IMG/VR virus record: IMGVR_UViG_3300042331_000187
Length of the DNA stretch: 64,000 bases
Reading direction: 5' to 3' (one strand)
From: an uncultured virus (IMG/VR IMGVR_UViG_3300042331_000187)
Lineage: Duplodnaviria > Heunggongvirae > Uroviricota > Caudoviricetes
Below are positions 39,635-46,428 of this stretch, piece after piece. The first letter of the stretch is position 1. Each line of letters opens with the position of its first letter. The notes beneath the pieces are model-generated. The model was not told the origin of the DNA. It saw only the letters and a program-made list of their open reading frames with translations, and did not search any database. The translations under genes were made by a program, and so were the position numbers.

Positions 39635-41623
39635 TCAGGTGCCCAGAGCGAAGGACTGCGGGCGGCGAACCGCCACGTCGAAGTCCTGATGCACGGTCAG
39701 GATTACCTGGCCGCTGGCGCTCTGGGTGTAGGGGTCAACCACCACATCCAGGCCGCTCCACATGCCCACCACGCAATCGGCAAAGTTGCCGAACAGAACA
39801 TCGTTCAGCTGCATCTGGTTGGACACGGTGAACTGGTAGCCGTTCACAGTGCCGGCATCGGTCATGATGTAGTCAGAACCAGCCGAGGATGCCCTCAGGG
39901 TCTGCTTCAGGGCGCCGCGCACCACGCTGTTGCCGATGTAGCGCATTGAGCCGGCGTCAAGATTGTCGATCGCCAGTTCGGTTTCCAGGTCCACGTAGTC
40001 GGCCCAGTCGCCGCAGTTGTGAGTGGTGGAGCCGTCGCCGCCGAGGCTCACAGGGAATGCCTTGGCAGTGCCGCCGCCCAAGGTCACGCTGCCGATGCCG
40101 GTGGTGTTGATGATGCCCAGCGGCTGACCGTTGGAGCCGGTGCCATAACCGATGGTGTAATCCATGCCCAAAGCGACAGACTCGGCCATGTCGATCCGTA
40201 CCAGGTTCTCCACGTCAGGGGAGCTCTGGATCATCATCCGGCGGCTGATCGGCACGCGAACGCCGATGGTCCGGGGGATCATGTTCACCAGGCCGAAGGT
40301 GAGCTTGCTGTTGGCAACCCCAGCATTCTCGCCGACAAAGTAATACTGGCTGGAGCTGAGCTTCTTGGGAATCTCAACGTTGCCCTCCAGGCCGGAGAGC
40401 ATGGTGAGGCCGCTGTTCAGGAAGGCGCTGCGGGTGCGGATCAGGTCAATGAACTGCGCATCGAGCCGATCGGTGCCGACCAGTGCGCCGCCATCGCCGA
40501 AGGTGCCGACCACCTGGCCGGGGGTCTCAGCAGCGCGGCTGGAGCCCAGCACTTCCCAGGGGATCAGCACGCCGTTGGCAGAGCGGCTGTGCTTGGCCTG
40601 GGCGGCACGGGCCACCTCCAGCTCAAAGCCGGCGGCCTCAGCGGTACGGGGGTTGGGGTCGGCCAAATACTGAGCGACGCGCAGGAAGCTGTAGCGCTTC
40701 ACTTCACGCTTGCTCAGGCCAAGCTCAGCGCCGCCGGCATCGTGCACGCGGCCCTCAAAGGAAACCTTGCGCATGCCGATCTGTTCCATCACCACCGCAC
40801 GGGCGGCGTCGATGGAAGCGTCGTCATTGATGAGTTTCTCGGCCAGCTCGGAAAGCTGGAACTGGTCGCACATTGATTTGATGGACGCGACGCGCTCACG
40901 CTCAGCAATGCGAGCGGATTGCGCCACCTCCTCCACGTTGATCGTTTCAGTGGTCATGAGAGTCTGAACAGGGGTGTCAGTCCGCTCGGCGGTCTGTGCT
41001 GTCAGGCTATGGAGGGCCTGACTAACGGCTGCCTTGATTGCCTCATCGTGAGCCGTCACGGTCGGCTCTGCCGGTGCGGAGGGCTCCGGGGTGGGCTCAG
41101 CAGCAGGCTCAGGCTCAGCCGCCGGCTCATCCATGGCGCGGCCCAGGCCTACGGTCTGATCGGCGGGGACGCTGACGCTGGAGACTTCCAGGGCCTTCCA
41201 GCTAGTCACGTAAAAGTCGCCGCTGCGCTCTTCGATGTCGTCAATGCTGTAGGCGAACGAGACGTTTTTCGTAATGCCGGCTTCAATATCGACGCGGCGA
41301 CGGAACTCCTCAGTTCCGCGCTCAGTGGTGTTGGGCGACCACCGCACCGTGCTGTAGAGCCGGCGATCGTCGCCGAGCCAGGCCTTTTCAACGACTCCCA
41401 GGACCTTGTTAGGGTCATGCCCCCAGAGCCATGGTGCGCCGTCGTTCAGGCGCGAGAGGTCCATGGTGCCTTCCTCGTGCACTAGGATCTCGCGGCCAAA
41501 CCAGCGATCTACTGGCTGTTCACTGGAAAACGAAAAGGTGAGGGTCTCATCCGTTTTCTCTTCAATCTGGAGACCCATCGGCAGCTCTCGCCGCTGGGGG
41601 CCTTTGAGTTTCGTGAGATCCAA
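39635..41623 (-). CDS. Prohead protease-major capsid protein fusion (HK97 fold)
   Basis: FSSEQPVDRWFGREIL, LWGHD, EVSSVSVPADQTVG; GGALVGTD; FGNFAD..VDPY..DVAVRRPQSF. Confidence 0.9.
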   Translation of the reverse strand: MDLTKLKGPQRRELPMGLQIEEKTDETLTFSFSSEQPVDRWFGREILVHEEGTMDLSRLNDGAPWLWGHDPNKVLGVVEKAWLGDDRRLYSTVRWSPNTTERGTEEFRRRVDIEAGITKNVSFAYSIDDIEERSGDFYVTSWKALEVSSVSVPADQTVGLGRAMDEPAAEPEPAAEPTPEPSAPAEPTVTAHDEAIKAAVSQALHSLTAQTAERTDTPVQTLMTTETINVEEVAQSARIAERERVASIKSMCDQFQLSELAEKLINDDASIDAARAVVMEQIGMRKVSFEGRVHDAGGAELGLSKREVKRYSFLRVAQYLADPNPRTAEAAGFELEVARAAQAKHSRSANGVLIPWEVLGSSRAAETPGQVVGTFGDGGALVGTDRLDAQFIDLIRTRSAFLNSGLTMLSGLEGNVEIPKKLSSSQYYFVGENAGVANSKLTFGLVNMIPRTIGVRVPISRRMMIQSSPDVENLVRIDMAESVALGMDYTIGYGTGSNGQPLGIINTTGIGSVTLGGGTAKAFPVSLGGDGSTTHNCGDWADYVDLETELAIDNLDAGSMRYIGNSVVRGALKQTLRASSAGSDYIMTDAGTVNGYQFTVSNQMQLNDVLFGNFADCVVGMWSGLDVVVDPYTQSASGQVILTVHQDFDVAVRRPQSFALGT

Positions 41624-41658
41624 AGCCGGATAGTCGCTGGTCTCAGGTTAAAGACGGC

Positions 41659-42444
41659 CTACGCCGCCAGCGCCAGAGGTAGTTGGCCCACCACGGCGGC
41701 GGGGCAATGGCGCTGGATCTTGCGCCAGCGAGCCTCTGTGAACCACGGTTGCTGCCGGTACCAATCCTCAACCGGTGAGTTGTGCTTGCTGGAGTTGCAA
41801 GCGGTGCAGGCGGGAATGATGTTGCTCGCCTCGTCAAGCCCGCCCTTGGTCAGGGCCAACACGTGTTCAACCGTGAGGCGTTCGCGGCCGTGGTTTCGTT
41901 CGTGGCTGGCATCCACTCCACAGAATGCGCAGCGGTTGTCCCAGATGGCGAAGCGAGCGTCGATTTGAGCGCGGGTGACGGGGTGGAGGGCGGCGCGGCG
42001 GGATGACCTCCTCCATTCGCGACGCCGACGGCACTTTTCCCGAGCAGCTCCAGGATTGTTCTGATACACGCGGCGCCGAAGCTCAAATGCTTTTTCTGGA
42101 TTTTCTCTTTGCCATCGACGGGTTCTTTCTCGCTCTATTTCAGGATTGGCTCTGTAACGGAGCCGAGCGCGTTCGCGTTCAATCTTGATGTTCGATTGAT
42201 AGTAGCGGCGCCTTCGTTGGCGCTCTTCATGTAAATTGTCGTAATAGTATCGCTTGTTGCGCTCAAAGATTTTTTCTGTTTCACCTTGGATTAGGTGCGC
42301 TGAAATGGTGCCGTCTGATCGGCCCATATACCGAGCAATCGCCTTGCATTTTATGCCACACGCCGCCATGACTTCGGCGGTTACTTGGTCTTGCGCTGTC
42401 CACGGTCGACGCTTCTGACGGCTGCTCTGCGATACTGATGCCAT
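41659..42444 (-). CDS. HNH homing endonuclease with N-terminal HTH
   Basis: IARYMGRSDGTISAHL; CAFCG...EHVLALTKGG...NIIPACTACNSSKH; inserted between portal and capsid genes. Confidence 0.88.
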   Translation of the reverse strand: MASVSQSSRQKRRPWTAQDQVTAEVMAACGIKCKAIARYMGRSDGTISAHLIQGETEKIFERNKRYYYDNLHEERQRRRRYYQSNIKIERERARLRYRANPEIERERTRRWQRENPEKAFELRRRVYQNNPGAAREKCRRRREWRRSSRRAALHPVTRAQIDARFAIWDNRCAFCGVDASHERNHGRERLTVEHVLALTKGGLDEASNIIPACTACNSSKHNSPVEDWYRQQPWFTEARWRKIQRHCPAAVVGQLPLALAA

Positions 42445-42502
42445 CGGCCTGTCCTTTCAGGTTGGTCACGCCTCGGGCTGGTGACACAGCGCCGGGGCAC
42501 AC

Positions 42503-44035
42503 CTATTCTACATCTTCTGGGGCGTCGTCGTCCTCTTCCGGCTCAGGCGGTTGCACCACGGGCTCAGGCGGTTGCTCCACGGTGGGCATCAGGCCCAGTG
42601 ATTCTTTCAGCTCGTTTTCCATGGCGATTTGCGCCATCACCTGCTCAAACTGCTCGCCGCTGTATTCAGTTATCAGCTCGCTGTGAGATTTCAATAGCAT
42701 CGCCTTGGCTTTTTCCATGGCGGAAACATCCTTAACTGGGTCCACCCAGTCCCATGATCTAGCCTGCCAGCGTGGAGCGTTATACCTTTCTGGCCTGGTC
42801 CAATAGTCATTAAAAGCTGGCGACGGCAACTCACCCGCCAGCATTGCAGCGCGTAGCCACTCTTCAAATACGCGCTGGTGGAACACCTCAATGATTGCGC
42901 TCTGCACTACCCGCCAGTGGTCGCGATCCTCCAGCACGCTGGTGCGCATGCTGCTGTAGTTCGTGTCGCTGAAATCCTTGCTAATGGTCGCGTAACTACA
43001 CCCAAACCCAGCCGCAAACCGCCTCGTAAGGTTCTTTACTACATGACTGTACTGGCCGTCGTCAGGTCCGAAGTTCGGCGGTACCGGTTCCTGGCCGGGG
43101 TCGAGGATGTTCCAGCTGCCGGGCTCAGTGTTGAACAGCTGCTGGCCGTTCTGGACCTCATCACCCTGCAACTCACCGTCTGGGGTGCGGATCCATCCCA
43201 GAGCTGCCGCTTGGACGCGCTTCCGTACCAGGTGAGCCTTTTCGTATTCAGAAAGCCCATGGACAGTTGTGATCACCGACGCCAGCCACGGCACGCCCCG
43301 GTTCTGCCCGATCCGCTCCGGCAGGAACACATGGATCATGTCCGCCGCCGGCACTAGGACGTGCTTCCGCTCTACGCCACGGCGGTTCAGGCCGAGCTCC
43401 ACATCACCAGGGTGGCGGGTCAGGATGGCGTACCGGGTGGGGCGGCCCCATTCGTTGATCTCGACGCCCAGCCGCCATTCGTGGCCAGCGCGATCTGATA
43501 CCCCGCTCTTGTCCTCATCGAGCTGGTGCGCCTCGATCAGCTCCAGCGCCAGCGGGGTGCGGCCCTGCCCCATCGGCTGCCGCACGATCCTGATCAGGCA
43601 CTCGCCCGACTCCGGCAGGCTGCCTGCGATCATCATCTCAAAGCCGTGGAACGACAGCCGGCCCGCCACGTCGCAGGTATCCGGTCGGCACCAGCGGCGC
43701 CATGCTTCCTCCAGCAGCCGATTCCGGCGCACGTCCTTTTCCGTGCCGTTAGGGCGCATCACCTGCCCCTGCATCTGGATCCCGCGAGGGCCGACCACGT
43801 TGATCTGCGTGGTCCGCTTGGCCTGGCGGGCATAGGGGTTGTCCCTGACCAGCTGATGGCAGCGGTCGCGCAGCACCGCCAGGCTGACGCGCAGCTCGGC
43901 ATCGGCGGAGGTGGTTGGCGCCACCAAGTCGTGGAGCAGCCGGTTACGCCGGGCGCCCTCAAACATCCGCTGGCCCTGCTGCCGGCCGTGCCGGGTGGTC
44001 AGGATCTGCCGCTGCAGCCAGGATCGAACACCCAT
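42503..44035 (-). CDS. Portal protein, lambda family
   Basis: LVRDNPYAR, GVEINEWGRP, GQNRGVPW, NYSSMR, WVDPVKD. Confidence 0.93.
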   Translation of the reverse strand: MGVRSWLQRQILTTRHGRQQGQRMFEGARRNRLLHDLVAPTTSADAELRVSLAVLRDRCHQLVRDNPYARQAKRTTQINVVGPRGIQMQGQVMRPNGTEKDVRRNRLLEEAWRRWCRPDTCDVAGRLSFHGFEMMIAGSLPESGECLIRIVRQPMGQGRTPLALELIEAHQLDEDKSGVSDRAGHEWRLGVEINEWGRPTRYAILTRHPGDVELGLNRRGVERKHVLVPAADMIHVFLPERIGQNRGVPWLASVITTVHGLSEYEKAHLVRKRVQAAALGWIRTPDGELQGDEVQNGQQLFNTEPGSWNILDPGQEPVPPNFGPDDGQYSHVVKNLTRRFAAGFGCSYATISKDFSDTNYSSMRTSVLEDRDHWRVVQSAIIEVFHQRVFEEWLRAAMLAGELPSPAFNDYWTRPERYNAPRWQARSWDWVDPVKDVSAMEKAKAMLLKSHSELITEYSGEQFEQVMAQIAMENELKESLGLMPTVEQPPEPVVQPPEPEEDDDAPEDVE

Positions 44036-44598
44036 CAGCTCACCCCCTGAAACCGCACATAGAGCCGGCGCGGATCGCCGAGGCCTTGCGCGATCATCTC
44101 GGCGCGTTTCTCACGGGCGACCTCGGCCTTGAGGCGGTCGCGCCACATGATTAGATCGGGCAGGTCCACCCGGCGAACTTTCCTGCCGCCGGAGCCGAGG
44201 CTGCCGATCTGATACTCAACCGCACCACCGACCAAGGCCCGAATGGCTTCCTCGGCAGCAGCCAAATCTTTCTCGGCCTGACTGCGATCGTCGAACGCGC
44301 CAGACGTTCCGCTGAAGGCCAAAGTCTTGCGGACGGTCAGGCTGCCGCGGCGCAGAGTGTGCGGCACGCCGTCAACCGTGGCCACCACCTGCACAGTCCA
44401 GTCGCCCGATGCCATCGCAGCGGTGGTGGCCGTGGTCAGCGTGACGCGCCAGCCGTCATCCGTCAGCGTCGCCGGGGCCTCGACGCCGGCGCCGGCTGCA
44501 GCGGCGCGGAGCCATGCGACCACGGCCGTAGCGTCATCAGGCGCAGGCTCAAGCCAGGTGACCTGATCGCCTTGGTAGATCTGCAGCGGCTGGGTCAT
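44035..44598 (-). CDS. Head-tail joining protein (gpW-like C-terminus)
   Basis: Immediately upstream of portal; EYQIG..RKVRRVDLPDL..RDRLKAEV. Confidence 0.75.
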   Translation of the reverse strand: MTQPLQIYQGDQVTWLEPAPDDATAVVAWLRAAAAGAGVEAPATLTDDGWRVTLTTATTAAMASGDWTVQVVATVDGVPHTLRRGSLTVRKTLAFSGTSGAFDDRSQAEKDLAAAEEAIRALVGGAVEYQIGSLGSGGRKVRRVDLPDLIMWRDRLKAEVAREKRAEMIAQGLGDPRRLYVRFQGVS

Positions 44599-44651
44599 TG
44601 ATCAGTGTCGGCAGCCTGTCTAGATCCTGACTCAAGACTAGGGAGAACAGG

Positions 44652-44671
44652 AAAAGGCGGGTTGCCCCGCC
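44652..44671 (-). terminator. Intrinsic terminator closing the repeat array
   Basis: Minus strand GGCGGG-GCAA-CCCGCC-TTTT. Confidence 0.75.
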
Positions 44672-45158
44672 TTGCCTTGCCGCCGGAAGCGGCCCTCGCC
44701 TTGCCACGCCAGTCCCTGCCACGCCATGCCTGGCCTAGCATCGCCCAGCCGCGCCCCAGGGTGCCGCGTCTGCCCTCAAAAGAGAGCAGCAGGGAGCCTC
44801 CGCAGAAGCTCCGTGCTGCTGTCTGCAGCCCTTGCCAGGCCCGGCCATGCCTCGCATGGGCTCGCCCCGCCACAACGTACCCCGCTGCGCCTGGCCTTGC
44901 CCACCCCTTGTGAGGGTGGCAGGGAGGCCGGAGCCTCCGTGCCACCGTCTGTGGCCCACACCATGCCCAGCCCTGCCGAGCTTGACATCGCCCCGCCTGA
45001 CCTAGCCAGGCCTCGCCGCGCCTCATCCGCCAATGAAGGCGGCAGGGAAGGCCCGTAGGCCCTCCGTGCTGCCATCGCAGCCCTTGCCGCGCCATGCCTC
45101 GCCCTGCCTGACCTGACCATGCCGGGCTCCGCCTGACCGAACCCCGCCAGGCCTTGCT
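44672..45158 (-). ncRNA. VIPR-like guide RNA array: four (GGY-NN)n tracts with hairpin linkers
   Basis: Tracts 45084-45158 (15 pentamers), 44958-45022 (13), 44832-44901 (14), 44696-44770 (15); 45 of 57 triplets are GGC/GGT; linkers carry UNCG hairpins. Confidence 0.85.
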
Positions 45159-45189
45159 GGGACTTACACCGTCACCGGATGCCAGCGCA

Positions 45190-45822
45190 TCAGGCCACCT
45201 CCGCCAGCAGTCGATCTAGTTGCTCGGCGACAGGTATCACCTCAGCATCAAACCGGCCATGCTTAGGCCGCCAATCGCCAATCCCCACCAGCTTGCCGGC
45301 GTCGATGGCGATCTCTTCAACGTCCCGCATGTTGAGCACGTCGGGGTCGTACTGAGCCAAGGCAGTGATGTTCCAGTTGCGGAACACGGGGCGGGTGCGC
45401 ATCACCTTGGCCATGCCTACCTTGACGCCAATCGTGTGGGTGAAGTCGCCACTGGCAAACATTTCCGAAAGCGTTTCATCGGTGATGATCTCAGGTTTGC
45501 CGTCAAACTGCAGTGAAGCGTGCTCAGTGAAGAACAGGCCGCACTTCGCTTGAGGGCCGCGCTTTGACTTTTTGGCGCCGCCGATCATCGTGCTTTCAAT
45601 CACGTAATCAGGGATCACCAAGTCGCCGTCGATGCGATATAGGCCAGCAAGCCATTCAAGCCGGGCCAGCTCGTCGTAATCAGCGTCGGTCTTCTTGCGC
45701 TTGCTGCTGACTGCTTTCATCGCCTTCGCGTAAGTATTTCGCGGATCGGCGGTCTGACCGTTGTGGCACAACAGTGGGCTCACGCCTTGCAGTCGAATCT
45801 GAACAGAAGGAAGGCTGGACAT
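45190..45822 (-). CDS. Stand-alone Cas7/RAMP-like protein (Vipr-like), 210 aa
   Basis: IRLQGVSPLLCHN beta1, LVIPDYVIESTM helix, RTRPVFRNW, C-terminal Gly loop AGKLVGIGDWRPKHGRF; GGAG RBS before ATG 45822. Confidence 0.8.
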   Translation of the reverse strand: MSSLPSVQIRLQGVSPLLCHNGQTADPRNTYAKAMKAVSSKRKKTDADYDELARLEWLAGLYRIDGDLVIPDYVIESTMIGGAKKSKRGPQAKCGLFFTEHASLQFDGKPEIITDETLSEMFASGDFTHTIGVKVGMAKVMRTRPVFRNWNITALAQYDPDVLNMRDVEEIAIDAGKLVGIGDWRPKHGRFDAEVIPVAEQLDRLLAEVA

Positions 45823-46177
45823 TTTGTCTCCGTGAAGTTGTTGGAACAGAAAGTGAAGGCGGGGCAATGTGAACCGGATCGACTTGCTTTTTGGGGTCCA
45901 GCTTGAATCGTTGGCGCCGAACTGAATTGGTGATGCCGTCATGGCACTCGGAGCACAGCGTCAGCAGGTCTGACATTTGCTCGTTGCCGAATGACGGGTA
46001 CGTGTAGTTCGGTGGGCCAGCGTTCTTGTGATGAACCTGAAGCACAGGCCAGCCCAGCTCAGCCAACTGCGCAGCAGTGATGCCGCACCCTTGGCACTGG
46101 TGGCCGTCGATCTCAAGGCGTTGCTGCCTGCGCTGCCGCCACTGGCGAGACAGGTAGTAGCCGCTAGGAGTGTTCAA
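45680..46177 (-). CDS. HNH endonuclease
   Basis: YYLSRQWRQRRQQRLEIDGHQCQGCG..LQVHHK..DLLTLCSECHD; tail overlaps the next gene. Confidence 0.82.
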   Translation of the reverse strand: MNTPSGYYLSRQWRQRRQQRLEIDGHQCQGCGITAAQLAELGWPVLQVHHKNAGPPNYTYPSFGNEQMSDLLTLCSECHDGITNSVRRQRFKLDPKKQVDPVHIAPPSLSVPTTSRRQNVQPSFCSDSTARREPTVVPQRSDRRSAKYLREGDESSQQQAQEDRR

Positions 46178-46241
46178 GCATGGTAAAGCCGGTTCTGGAC
46201 CGGGCGAGGTGTCAGCGGCCGCTAGGCTGCTGTTGGATCAA

Positions 46242-46250
46242 ACTATACCA
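46242..46250 (-). promoter_or_regulatory. Extended -10 promoter for the HNH-RAMP-array unit
   Basis: TGGTATAGT on the minus strand, about 65 nt upstream of the HNH start. Confidence 0.55.
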
Positions 46251-46260
46251 CGATCAGAGC

Positions 46261-46428
46261 ATGGCGCAAGGAATCAGGGTCCAGGTCGTTCTGCCGGTGC
46301 CCACCGTCGAGGCCCTTAGGGCCCGCGCCAAGGCGGAGGGTCGCACCGTCTCCGCCATGGGGGCGTTCTTCATCGAGGCGGGCCTGCGGGCGATACCTGA
46401 CCTCGCAAGGCCTGCTGACGCGCCTTAG
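46261..46428 (+). CDS. Ribbon-helix-helix (Arc/CopG-like) regulator
   Basis: RVQVVLPVPTVEALRARAKAEGRTVSAMGAFFIEAGL; only clear plus-strand gene within the late region. Confidence 0.75.
   Translation: MAQGIRVQVVLPVPTVEALRARAKAEGRTVSAMGAFFIEAGLRAIPDLARPADAP

Noticed and set aside
44595..45120. Overlapping ORFs across the pentamer array (e.g. 44595-45095, 44605-44913, 44776-45120)
   Set aside because: Low-complexity G/A/R/W translations arise from the stop-poor 5-nt repeat; periodicity of 5 and hairpins indicate non-coding RNA
44672..45158. Canonical CRISPR array or simple microsatellite
   Set aside because: No identical 25-45-nt repeats with unique spacers; variable NN positions with fixed GGY and structured linkers do not fit slippage repeats
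45823..45942. 40-aa N-terminal extension of the RAMP-like ORF
   Set aside because: It lies within the HNH gene; ATG 45822 has a GGAG RBS and begins the domain
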